A stretch of DNA of 32,000 nucleotides. Origin: Pseudomonas aeruginosa. Its GTDB lineage: Bacteria; Pseudomonadota; Gammaproteobacteria; Pseudomonadales; Pseudomonadaceae. A model generated the notes under the pieces. The model saw only the letters and a list, made by a program, of their open reading frames with translations. It was not told the DNA's origin and ran no database searches. Of the stretch, positions 8,652 to 17,153 are shown piece after piece; the stretch's first letter is position 1, and every line of letters starts with the position of its first letter. The translations under genes and the position numbers were made by a program. Location of the stretch: assembly GCF_001457615.1 (NCBI RefSeq), contig NZ_LN831024.1, positions 4,230,001-4,262,000 on the forward strand. Reading direction: 5' to 3'.

Positions 8652-8707
8652 GGCGGATTACCGCCCGGCGGGCCGGCTGTGCCGCGCGAGCATGGCGGGA
8701 GTCCGCC
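8652..8707. promoter_or_regulatory. Two copies of the dyad TGGCGG-N4-CCGCC(A/C), 42 bp centre-to-centre; candidate enhancer (UAS) sites
   Basis: Copies at 8652-8665 (GGCGGattaCCGCC) and 8694-8707 (GGCGGgagtCCGCC). They lie roughly 110 and 155 bp upstream of the predicted sigma-54 start. The binding protein is not known from the sequence. Confidence 0.3.
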
Positions 8708-8770
8708 ACCACCCTTGTCGTCTTCCGGGTGGCGCCCTACCATCGCCGTTCCAACAACAAGGACGCCGCC

Positions 8771-9772
8771 ATGCGTGAGCGCACCATCGCCAGCCATTTC
8801 GTCCGCGCCGCGTTGCGCGGGGCCACGCGCCAAGGCCTGGACGGCCCCGCCCTGCTGCGTCGCGCCGGCATCCAGCCGGCCCTGCTGGACGAACCGCGGG
8901 CACGCATCGCGCCGGAGCAGTTCACCCGCCTGATGCAGTTGCTCTGGGAAGTGCTGGACGACGAATACATGGGCTTCGGCGAAGTCCGCAGCAAGCGCGG
9001 CACCTTCGCCATGATGTGCCACACCCTGATTCATTGCCGGACCCTGGAAAAGGCCCTGCAGCGCGGCGAACTGTTCTACGGCCTGTTCCCCCAGGCGCCG
9101 CTGATCCACCTGCGGCGCGACGGCGACCTGGTGCGCCTGAGCCTCGAGGAACGCCACCTGTCGGACCCGGATCACTTCCTCGCCGAAAGCCTGCTGGTGA
9201 TCTGGCACCGCCTCGCCAGTTGGCTGATCGGCCAGCGCATCCGCCTGGAGGAAGCCACCTTCAGCTACCCGGCGCCGGACCACCAGGCCGAGTACGACCT
9301 GCTGTTTCCCTGCCCCCGGCGGTTTTCCGCCGGCTGCACCAGCCTGCTGTTCGCCGCCCGCTACCTGGGCATGCCGCTGCTGCAGGACGAACGCACCCTC
9401 AAGCAGTTCCTCCAGCACTCTCCCGCCGACCTGCTGGCGCGCCCGGACGGCGGCGACAGCCTGACCAGCCAGATCCGCCGCCTGCTCGGCCGCGACTGCC
9501 GGCGCTGGCCAGACCTCGACCAGGTCGCCCGCCAACTGCACATGAGTTCGCAGACCCTGCGACGCCACCTGCGCGAGGAAGGCGGCAGCTTCCAGCAACT
9601 CAAGGACCACCTGCGCCGCGACCTGGCGATCTACCACCTGGGTCGGGACGAGCTATCGATCCAGGACATCGCCGAGCAGCTCGGCTTTTCCGAGCCCTCG
9701 GCCTTCCATCGCGCGTTCAAGAAGTGGACCGGCCTCACCCCCGGCGCGTACCGGCACCAGGCGGAAGCCTGA
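8771..9772 (+). CDS. AraC-family transcriptional regulator
   Basis: Start at ATG 8771 after AAGGA (MRERTIASHFVRAALRG...), giving 333 aa. The C-terminal AraC HTH reads IQDIAEQLGFSEPSAFHRAFKKWTGLTPGAYR. Confidence 0.82.
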   Translation: MRERTIASHFVRAALRGATRQGLDGPALLRRAGIQPALLDEPRARIAPEQFTRLMQLLWEVLDDEYMGFGEVRSKRGTFAMMCHTLIHCRTLEKALQRGELFYGLFPQAPLIHLRRDGDLVRLSLEERHLSDPDHFLAESLLVIWHRLASWLIGQRIRLEEATFSYPAPDHQAEYDLLFPCPRRFSAGCTSLLFAARYLGMPLLQDERTLKQFLQHSPADLLARPDGGDSLTSQIRRLLGRDCRRWPDLDQVARQLHMSSQTLRRHLREEGGSFQQLKDHLRRDLAIYHLGRDELSIQDIAEQLGFSEPSAFHRAFKKWTGLTPGAYRHQAEA

Positions 9773-9775
9773 AGC

Positions 9776-12700
9776 TCAGCCCAGCTCCTGGCGACGAAGC
9801 CCGCTGCGCAGTTGGTCGAGCACCGTGGCGAACGGCTGCGGCCGACCGACCGCGTAGCCCTGGGCGAAATCCACCCCGAGGCGCGCCAGGTGATCGAGGA
9901 TTTCCCGGCTCTCGACGAACTCGGCCACGGTCACCGCGCCCAGGCGGTGGGCGATCTGGTTGATGGAGTCGACGATGGCCTGGTCCACCGGGCTCTTGTC
10001 CAGGTTGCGGACGAAGCTGCCGTCGATCTTGATCACGTCGACGACAAAATTCTTCAGGTAATTGAAGGAACTCAGGCCGGAGCCGAAGTCGTCCAGCGCC
10101 ACCTTGCAGCCGAGGTCGCGCAGCTTGGCGACGATCCGCGAAGCCACCGACAACTGGTTCATCAACGCCGTCTCGGTCAGCTCGAAGTACAGGCGCTCCG
10201 GCCTCAGCGGCGAGTGTTCGATGCGATCCAGCAGGTAAGGCAGGAACAGCGGGTCGTTGAGCGAGTTGCCGGACAGGTTGATGCCGATGCTCAGGCCCTC
10301 CACCGCGGCGATCCGCGCGCCGAAGTTGATCAGCGCCTCGTTGATCACCCAGCGGTCGATGCTGGCCATCAGGTTGAAGCGCTCGGCGGCCGGGATGAAG
10401 GCGCCCGGCGGAGTCATCTGGCCATCCGGATCGTACAGTCGCAGCAGCAGCTCGTAGTGCCGGTCGCCGTCGCGGCGGGGGCCGACCGGGACGATCTCCT
10501 GCGCCTGCAACTGGAAGCGGTCGTTCTCCAGGGCCTCGCGCAGCCCGCTGGCGAGGAGTATGTCGCGGTGCTGGCGCTCCACTTCCTCATGGCCGAACTG
10601 GTACACCGAAACCCGGTTGCGCCCGGCATGCTTGGCCGCGTAGCAGGCCACGTCGGCCTGGCTCATCAGTTCGCTGGTGCTGCGCGAGGTGGCGGTAAGG
10701 GCGGTGATACCGATGCTCGCGCCCACGTCGTAGAGCCGCCCTTCCCAGGGGAAGCGCACCGAGCAGATCTGCTCGATGAGCTTGCTCGCCACCTGCTCCG
10801 CCTCCGCCAGGTCGCAATCGAACAGCAGCAGGCCGAACTCATCGCCGCCCAGCCGCGCCAGGGTGTCGGAGGCGCGGGTGCGGTCGGCGAGAATCCGGCT
10901 CAGCTCGCGCAGCAGCATGTCGCCCGCCGCGTGCCCGGCGGAATCGTTGACCACCTTGAAGCGGTCGAGGTCGATGAAGCACAGCGCATGCTGGGTCGCC
11001 CGCTCCTGGGCGTTGGCCAGGGCGCGTTGCAGCTCCTCCTCGAACTTGGTGCGGTTGAACAGCCCGGTGAGGGCATCGTGGGAGGCGTGATAGCTCAGCT
11101 CGCGCTGCATCGCCCGGGCCTTGGTGACGTTCTGGAACACCAGCACGGTGCCGATGATCTCGCCATCGCGGGTGCGCACCGGCGCCGCGCAATTCTGGAT
11201 ATCGTGCTGCTCGCCCTTGCGGCTGATCAGCGTGGCGCCGTCCTCCAGGTAGAACACCCGGGTGTTCTGCAGGCAGCGTCGCACCGGGCTTTCCAGGGCC
11301 TCGCCGGTGTCGCTGTCGAGCACGTTGAAGACCAGTTCGTGGGGCGCGCCGATGGCGTCCTGCAAGGTCCAGCCGGTCATCGCCTCGGCCACCGGGTTCA
11401 TGAAGGTCACGCGGCCGCCGGCGTCGGTGGTCAAGACGGCATCGCCGATGGAATACAGGGTCACCTGCAGGCGTTCCTTTTCCTCGTGCAGGGTTTCCGC
11501 CAGGGTGCGGATCTCGGTGATGTCGCTGTTGATGCCGATCATCCGCACCGGACGGTTGTCCTCGTCGCGCGTCAGCGTGGCGATCGCCCGCAGGTGGCGA
11601 ACCTCGCGGTTGGGGCGGACGATACGGAACTCGCAGTCGAATTTCTGCAACCCGCTGACGGCGCGCTCCAGCTCGCGCAGCACGCGGTCGTGATCCTCGG
11701 CATGCAGGCTCGCCTTCCACTGCTCCACCGTGGTCTCCCCGGGACCGCTGCGGATGCCGTACAGGTCGAACATGCGGAAATCCCAGTGCAGGCGGTTGCG
11801 CGCCAGGTCCCACTCCCAGATGCCGATCTGCCCGGCGTCGGTGGCCAGCTTGATCCGTTCGGCGAGGCGCTCGCGCTCCAGCTCGGCACGCTTGCGACTG
11901 TCGATATCCTCCACCTGGGTGACGAAGTACTGGGCGACTCCCTCCTCGTCGCGCACCAGCGACACGCTGATGCGCGCCCAGAAGGTTTCGCCGTCCTGGC
12001 GCAGGTAGCGCTTCTCCATCTGGTAGGAGTTGATACGCCCGGCGAGCAGGTCGCGCACCAGGTCGAGGTCCAGTTCCAGGTCGTCCACATAGGTGATCTC
12101 CTGGAACGACAGCTCGCCCAGGCGTTCGGCGGAATAGCCGAGCATCCGGCACAGCGCCTCGTTGACCTTGAACAGCCGCCCCTCCAGCGACACCAGGGCC
12201 ATGCCGATCGCCGAGAATTCCATGGCGCCGCGGAACTGCGCCTCGCCGATGGCCACCTGATGCTGCTCGCGGCGGCTGCGCTCCATGATCACCGAGACCA
12301 GGAAGGCGGGAATGAGGGTCAAGGCCATCGGCAGGTACAGCAGCGGCTCGCCGAAACGTTGCTGGGACGACTCGGGGACGAACACGCCGAGGGCGATCAG
12401 CACGGCGATGAAACAGGTGTTCAGGCAACCGATCAGCGCGGTACCGAACACGCTGGTGCTGGCGGCGGCCACCAGCAGCGGCAGGAGCACGTAGATGAAG
12501 GCGTAGGGCAGGCGCGTCAGGGCCACGAAGCTGATCACCAGGGTCACCAGCAGGAGCATCGCGTTGTCCACTCCCGCCCGCCCCGACAGAGCGTGACGCC
12601 AGGCCGCCAGGTTGCTGGCCATGCACAATGGCAGCAGCGCGAGCATGCCCATCGCATCGCCCACGTACCAGCGCGCCCACATTTCCGGGAAACGCCCCAT

Positions 12701-13138
12701 GCCGAAGACGCTGACCAGCACCGCGCCCACCGAGGCGCCGAGCAAGGGCGGGATCAGCGCGCCGGCCCAGAGCACGCGAACCGCCGAATGCAGGTTGAAT
12801 TCGAAGTCCTCGCGCACCCGGTTGATGCGTAACAGCATCGCGGCGAAGATCGCTTCGCTCAGGTTGGCCGGCAGGAACGCCGCGCTCATCCACAGGCTGT
12901 CGCCATACAGGCGGTTGGCCGCCAGGTTGGCCACGGCGGAGCAGAGCAGGATCGCCGGCCACTGGCGCAGCGGCGCGCGCAGCAGGGCGGCGGTGAGGAT
13001 CGCGTTGGGCAGCCAGATCGCCGCGATGGTGGCAGGCTGGCGCGACAGGTAGATGCAGGCCAGGGCGGCGAGAAAGAACAGCACACCGGCCTGGATGCCC
13101 GCCCACAAGCCCCTGTCGTCGGTTTTGCCACTGAACAT
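9776..13138 (-). CDS. Membrane sensor with MASE1-like N-terminus, three PAS-like regions, GGDEF and EAL domains (c-di-GMP turnover)
   Basis: 1120 aa. The multi-TM N-terminal third is followed by RxxD (RASD) five residues before an intact GGDEF (LARLGGDEFGLL). EAL-domain motifs present are ELLLR, ELTET, DDFGSG, KIDGSF, EFVE and QGY. Confidence 0.9.
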   Translation of the reverse strand: MFSGKTDDRGLWAGIQAGVLFFLAALACIYLSRQPATIAAIWLPNAILTAALLRAPLRQWPAILLCSAVANLAANRLYGDSLWMSAAFLPANLSEAIFAAMLLRINRVREDFEFNLHSAVRVLWAGALIPPLLGASVGAVLVSVFGMGRFPEMWARWYVGDAMGMLALLPLCMASNLAAWRHALSGRAGVDNAMLLLVTLVISFVALTRLPYAFIYVLLPLLVAAASTSVFGTALIGCLNTCFIAVLIALGVFVPESSQQRFGEPLLYLPMALTLIPAFLVSVIMERSRREQHQVAIGEAQFRGAMEFSAIGMALVSLEGRLFKVNEALCRMLGYSAERLGELSFQEITYVDDLELDLDLVRDLLAGRINSYQMEKRYLRQDGETFWARISVSLVRDEEGVAQYFVTQVEDIDSRKRAELERERLAERIKLATDAGQIGIWEWDLARNRLHWDFRMFDLYGIRSGPGETTVEQWKASLHAEDHDRVLRELERAVSGLQKFDCEFRIVRPNREVRHLRAIATLTRDEDNRPVRMIGINSDITEIRTLAETLHEEKERLQVTLYSIGDAVLTTDAGGRVTFMNPVAEAMTGWTLQDAIGAPHELVFNVLDSDTGEALESPVRRCLQNTRVFYLEDGATLISRKGEQHDIQNCAAPVRTRDGEIIGTVLVFQNVTKARAMQRELSYHASHDALTGLFNRTKFEEELQRALANAQERATQHALCFIDLDRFKVVNDSAGHAAGDMLLRELSRILADRTRASDTLARLGGDEFGLLLFDCDLAEAEQVASKLIEQICSVRFPWEGRLYDVGASIGITALTATSRSTSELMSQADVACYAAKHAGRNRVSVYQFGHEEVERQHRDILLASGLREALENDRFQLQAQEIVPVGPRRDGDRHYELLLRLYDPDGQMTPPGAFIPAAERFNLMASIDRWVINEALINFGARIAAVEGLSIGINLSGNSLNDPLFLPYLLDRIEHSPLRPERLYFELTETALMNQLSVASRIVAKLRDLGCKVALDDFGSGLSSFNYLKNFVVDVIKIDGSFVRNLDKSPVDQAIVDSINQIAHRLGAVTVAEFVESREILDHLARLGVDFAQGYAVGRPQPFATVLDQLRSGLRRQELG

Positions 13139-13239
13139 CCGCTCGAATCCCCGGTACCTGCGTCAAAGGAACTGCGCCAGCCGAACAGACTTCAGCGTAG
13201 CGCGGAAACACCTCAGACGTAGGTAACGGCCGCCAAGTC

Positions 13240-14586
13240 TCAGACTGTAGCGAAACGTATGCGGAAGCAGGCGCCGCCCAGCTCGGAATCGTCCAGGCTC
13301 AGTTCGCCGTCGTAGCTCTCGATGATGTCCAGCGCCACGGCCAGGCCGATGCCCTGCCCCGGGTGCTGGGTATCGGCGCGCTCGCCGCGGCGGATGATTC
13401 GTGCGCGCTGTTCGGCAGGCACTCCGGGACCGTCGTCCTCGACCCACAGCTCCGAGTAACCCGGCCCCAGCCGGGCGCCCACGCGGACCCGGCCCAGGCA
13501 CAGGCGATAGGCGTTCTCCAGCAGGTTGCCGAGCAGTTCCAGCAGCGCGCCGCGCTCCACCGGCACGCTGAAGGACGGCGAGAAGTCCCGCTGCAGGCTT
13601 ACCCGCTTGTCGCGATAGACCTTGTCCAGCGCGTCGCACAGGGTCTCCACCAGCGGCGCCAGTTGCTCGCGATGGCGTACCAGGCCGCTCTTGCGCAGGC
13701 TGGCGCGCTGCAACTGATAGCCTATCTGCTGGCTCATGCGCTCGATCTGGCCCTGTAGCACCCGCACCTGCTCGCGGTTGCCGGGCTCCTCGGCGAGCTG
13801 GTCGCCGACCCCCTGCAAGACCGCCAGCGGCGTCTTCAGACTGTGCGCCAGGTCGCCGAGGGAGTGGCGGTAGCGCTCGCGCTGCTTGTGCTCGCTGCGC
13901 AACAGGCGGTTCAGCGAGTGGGTCAGGCGCAGCAGCTCGCGCGGATGCTCCTCGCTCAGGCTCTCGCGCTCGCCGGATTCGATCTGGTCCAGCTCGGAAC
14001 TCAACCCGCGCATCGCCCGGAAGCCCCAGGTCAGACCCAGCCAGAGCAGCCCGAGCAAGACCAGCAGGGCGCCGCCGAGCCACAGGTAGAGCTGCTCGCG
14101 GAACCCCTTGAGCAGGCTCTCGAACTCGCTGACCGATTGCATGGTGACGATGCTGTAGGCCGCCTGCTTGCCGCGCAGCAGGTCGATCTCGACGTCGAAC
14201 ACGAAGAACTCCTCGCCCTTCGCATCGCGGGTGGTGTGGAATTCGTTGCCGCGGCCGTCGTAGCGCGGCGTGTAGTTGATCGACTCGTCGGCCGCCGAGG
14301 TGGAGCGCCAGAGCAGATCGCCATTCTGGTCGTAGATATAGCCGAGGACCTTGGCCTCCGGCAGGTTGAACTCCTCCACCGGCAGGTGCTCGGGCATCAC
14401 CAGGCGGCCCTTCTCCACCCGCGCCGCCGAGACCAGGGTCGCCACGTCGGCGGCCAGGCGCTGCTCGATGGTGTTCTCCAGGGCGATGCCGAAGGCCCGC
14501 TGCAGGGCCGGCAGCAGCGCCAGCATGAACAGCACCGCCAGGGCGGCGGCGCCGAGCATCAGACGGATGCGCAGGGAACGGATCAC
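13240..14586 (-). CDS. phoQ: Sensor histidine kinase PhoQ
   Basis: 448 aa with two TM segments flanking a periplasmic domain, an H-box (SLGDLAHSLKTPLA) and an ATPase domain. Position downstream of phoP with an ATGA overlap. Confidence 0.93.
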   Translation of the reverse strand: MIRSLRIRLMLGAAALAVLFMLALLPALQRAFGIALENTIEQRLAADVATLVSAARVEKGRLVMPEHLPVEEFNLPEAKVLGYIYDQNGDLLWRSTSAADESINYTPRYDGRGNEFHTTRDAKGEEFFVFDVEIDLLRGKQAAYSIVTMQSVSEFESLLKGFREQLYLWLGGALLVLLGLLWLGLTWGFRAMRGLSSELDQIESGERESLSEEHPRELLRLTHSLNRLLRSEHKQRERYRHSLGDLAHSLKTPLAVLQGVGDQLAEEPGNREQVRVLQGQIERMSQQIGYQLQRASLRKSGLVRHREQLAPLVETLCDALDKVYRDKRVSLQRDFSPSFSVPVERGALLELLGNLLENAYRLCLGRVRVGARLGPGYSELWVEDDGPGVPAEQRARIIRRGERADTQHPGQGIGLAVALDIIESYDGELSLDDSELGGACFRIRFATV

Positions 14587-15260
14587 CGGCAGCGCTCGGT
14601 GAACAGGTAGCCCTGGCCGCGCACCGTATCGATCGGCTTGAAGCCGCCGCAGGCCTCCAGCTTGCGCCGCAGGCGGCCGACCAGCACCTCGATGACGTTG
14701 GCGTCGCGCTCCTCGTCGTCGGGATAGAGCTGTTCCATCAGGCGTTCCTTGGCCACCACCTGCTGGTGATGCCGCATGAGGTATTCGAGGATGCGGTATT
14801 CGTAGGCGGTCAGCGCCACCGGTTGCTCCTCGACCAGCGCCTGCTTGCGGTTCAGGTCGAGGACCAGGGGGCCGGCCTCGATGGTCGACTGGACGAACCC
14901 CGAGGAGCGTCGCAGCAACGCGTTCAGGCGCGCTTCCAGTTCCTCGAACTGGAACGGCTTGACCACGTAGTCGTCGGCCCCGGCGGCCAGGCCTTCGACC
15001 TTGTCCTGCCAGTTGCCGCGGGCGGTGAGGATCAGGATCGGGAAGGACTTGCCCTGCGAACGCAGCTCGCGGATCAGGTCCAGGCCGCTCATGCCCGGCA
15101 GGCCGAGGTCGATCACCGCCAGGTCGTGGTGGTATTCGCTGACCCGGTAGAGGGCTTCCTCGGCATCCGGTACCGCGTCCACCACGTGCCCCTGTTCACC
15201 CAGGCGGGTATAGAGGTGGTGGCGCAACAGCGCCTCGTCTTCCACTACCAGCAGTTTCAT
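14583..15260 (-). CDS. phoP: Response regulator PhoP (OmpR family)
   Basis: Start at ATG 15260 (MKLLVVEDEALLRHHL...), 225 aa, after the GGAGGAA SD. Receiver domain plus winged-helix output domain. Confidence 0.93.
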   Translation of the reverse strand: MKLLVVEDEALLRHHLYTRLGEQGHVVDAVPDAEEALYRVSEYHHDLAVIDLGLPGMSGLDLIRELRSQGKSFPILILTARGNWQDKVEGLAAGADDYVVKPFQFEELEARLNALLRRSSGFVQSTIEAGPLVLDLNRKQALVEEQPVALTAYEYRILEYLMRHHQQVVAKERLMEQLYPDDEERDANVIEVLVGRLRRKLEACGGFKPIDTVRGQGYLFTERCR

Positions 15261-15339
15261 GAGGTTCCTCCGGATGAGATGCGGCCGGACCTTCCGGCCC
15301 GGCCATCGAAGCATGCCCTCGCGGGCGCTGCGCGGTCAT

Positions 15340-15942
15340 TTAGAACTTGTAGTTGGCGCCCAGGTAGAATTGCGAGCTGCTGTGCAGGTCCAGGGAGCCC
15401 AGCTTGTTGCCGCCATGCGGGGTCATCTCGGTGCTGGCGTTGGTGCGCAGGTAACGATAGCCGCCTTCGATCGAGGCATTCTTGCTCAGCTCCTGCAGGA
15501 TACCGGCCTGCAGCCCGGCAGCGTAGCCGACATCGCTGTCGCGCTTGAAGCCCTTGCCGTCCTGTTCCAGCTTGACCAGGCCGAGGGTGGCACCGCCGAA
15601 CAGCTTGGTGTTGTTGTCGCCGATCGGCAGGAAGGCGTCGTAGCTGCCGAGCAGGTTCTGCTGGCGCAGCTTGTTGCCGCTGCTGGTGTCGGAGATGTTC
15701 TCGTAGGTCGCGTAGTAGCGGCCCTGTTCGAACTGCTGGCCGGCGCGGATGCCCCAGGTGCCGGTGTTGTCGATCACCTTGTCGAGGTTCGGGCTGTTCA
15801 GGTTGCGGTTCAGCGACTTGGATTTCTGGATGTTGTTGCTGGTCTCGCCCCAGGTCAGGCCGACGAAGTTGTCGGCGGCCTGGACGCCGGCGGCGGAACC
15901 CAGCAGGGCGGTGGCGATGAAGAGAGTCTTGAGTGCTTTCAT
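15340..15942 (-). CDS. oprH: Outer-membrane protein H1 (OprH)
   Basis: Start at ATG 15942 (MKALKTLFIATALLGSAAGVQA signal peptide), 200 aa. It has beta-barrel character and ends in ...GANYKF. First gene of oprH-phoP-phoQ. Confidence 0.93.
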   Translation of the reverse strand: MKALKTLFIATALLGSAAGVQAADNFVGLTWGETSNNIQKSKSLNRNLNSPNLDKVIDNTGTWGIRAGQQFEQGRYYATYENISDTSSGNKLRQQNLLGSYDAFLPIGDNNTKLFGGATLGLVKLEQDGKGFKRDSDVGYAAGLQAGILQELSKNASIEGGYRYLRTNASTEMTPHGGNKLGSLDLHSSSQFYLGANYKF

Positions 15943-16002
15943 GGTGTTTCTCCGTTCTGCGAGAGTCGTGTCGTTCACGGCTTGCAGAGTACGGACAGGG
16001 TA

Positions 16003-16041
16003 CTGAACCGCCCCTGAACGCTTGCTGAACCCGGGCTGAAC
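16003..16041 (-). promoter_or_regulatory. Four phased PhoP half-sites (GTTCAG-N5)x4 upstream of oprH
   Basis: The plus strand shows CTGAAC at 16003, 16014, 25 and 36 (16003-08, 16014-19, 16025-30, 16036-41), an exact 11-bp period. The minus strand reads GTTCAG, the hexamer I recall as the P. aeruginosa PhoP box. The array lies 60-100 nt upstream of the oprH ATG. Confidence 0.78.
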
Positions 16042-16163
16042 GACTCGCGTTTGCCGGCGAACGCTCTGTTTCCAGGCTGCCGCGCGCCGGCTCGGCGAGG
16101 TTTTTGCCCGTACTGCAAGTAGGGTCTAGGCTTTCTACAGTCGCCTGCATAGAGGCTGGGCCA

Positions 16164-16331
16164 ATGAACGAACAACCCGACCAGGGACGCGTCAAGGGCA
16201 TGGAAGCCAGGCTCTTCCTGTTTCTCGTGATCTGCCTGTTCCCGCTGCTGTCCGTCGCACTGGTCGGCGGCTTCGGTTTCTGCGTCTGGATGTACCAGCT
16301 ACTGGCCGGCCCGCCCGGGCCGCCGGCCTGA
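16164..16331 (+). CDS. napE: NapE small membrane subunit of periplasmic nitrate reductase
   Basis: 55 aa from ATG 16164 (a GAGG lies 7 nt upstream). It has a single TM helix (LFLFLVICLFPLLSVALVGGFGFCVW) and sits at the head of napFDABC. The start choice is uncertain. Confidence 0.7.
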   Translation: MNEQPDQGRVKGMEARLFLFLVICLFPLLSVALVGGFGFCVWMYQLLAGPPGPPA

Positions 16332-16339
16332 GGTCGGGT

Positions 16340-16831
16340 ATGAGCAGTCGCCGAGAGCTGTTCCGCCGCCTCGGCGGGCACCCGCCGACGCGTCGCCCGC
16401 CGTGGACCGCCGCCGACTTCGCCGCAGGCTGCACAGGCTGCGCCGCCTGCGTCGAGGCCTGCCCGGAAGGCGTGCTGAAGCTCGGCGCCGGTCGGCTCGT
16501 CGAACTCGACCTCTCCAGCGCCGGCTGCACGCTGTGCGGGGAATGCGCCAGCCGCTGCGAGGCCGGCCTGTTCGATGGCGCGGGCCCGGCCTTCCCCTGG
16601 ATCGCCACGATCGGCGAAGCCTGCCTGGCCCTGGCCGGGATCCACTGCCGCAGTTGCCAGGACGCCTGCGAACCCGCCGCGATCCGCTTCCGCCCGGCCC
16701 CCGGCGGCGTCGCCCTGGCCGAGCTGGACAGCCAGCGCTGCAACGGCTGCGGCGCCTGCCTGGCGCCCTGTCCGAGCCAGGCCATCCAACTGCGCGCGCT
16801 ATCCACCAAGGAGTCTCCACGACATGCCTGA
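16340..16831 (+). CDS. napF: NapF ferredoxin-type iron-sulfur protein
   Basis: 163 aa with CxxCxxCxxxCP-type clusters (CTGCAACVEACP, CTLCGECASRC, CRSCQDAC, CNGCGACLAPCP). Confidence 0.87.
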   Translation: MSSRRELFRRLGGHPPTRRPPWTAADFAAGCTGCAACVEACPEGVLKLGAGRLVELDLSSAGCTLCGECASRCEAGLFDGAGPAFPWIATIGEACLALAGIHCRSCQDACEPAAIRFRPAPGGVALAELDSQRCNGCGACLAPCPSQAIQLRALSTKESPRHA

Positions 16832-17153
16832 AGCCCTGCAGATCGCCAGCCTCATCCTGCATTGCCGACCCGAGCGACTGCCGGCGGTGAAGGCCAACCT
16901 GGCGCTGCTCGACGGCCTGGAGATCTACCAGGAAAGCCCGCAGGGCAAGCTGATCCTGGTGCTGGAAGCCGAACGCGAAGAACAGATTCTCGACACCCTG
17001 GGCCAGTTGCAGAACCTGCCAGGAGTGCTCAACGCCGTGCTGGTCTACCACGAGATCCTGCACGACGACGATAGCAACGACGCGGCGGCCATGACCGACC
17101 GCGCGATACCGTGCTCGCCCGAGGAGACAATCGATGAACCTCACCCGTCGTGA
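16824..17153 (+). CDS. napD: NapD, NapA-specific Tat chaperone
   Basis: 109 aa from ATG 16824 after AAGGAG ([26 protein letters not shown]...[11 protein letters not shown]). It overlaps the napF end by 8 nt and the napA start by 20 nt. Confidence 0.82.
   Translation: MPEALQIASLILHCRPERLPAVKANLALLDGLEIYQESPQGKLILVLEAEREEQILDTLGQLQNLPGVLNAVLVYHEILHDDDSNDAAAMTDRAIPCSPEETIDEPHPS

Noticed and set aside
9812-12832. 1006-aa plus-strand ORF
   Set aside because: It is antisense to the MASE1-PAS-GGDEF-EAL gene. Its composition (A/G/R/V/H/Q runs with no recognisable motif) is typical of shadow ORFs in high-GC DNA.
16042-16163. Anr/Dnr (FNR-type TTGAT-N4-ATCAA) or NarL control site for the nap operon
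   Set aside because: No TTGAT...ATCAA dyad or convincing heptamer pair is present in the 120 bp upstream of napE. Only a weak TTGCCC-N17-TAGGCT promoter-like match was seen, so no site is called.
15257-16789. 510-aa minus-strand ORF spanning oprH, the PhoP-box intergenic region and napE/napF
   Set aside because: It runs through a regulatory intergenic region and overlaps three well-supported genes. Its composition is Arg/Ala/Gly/Pro-rich.
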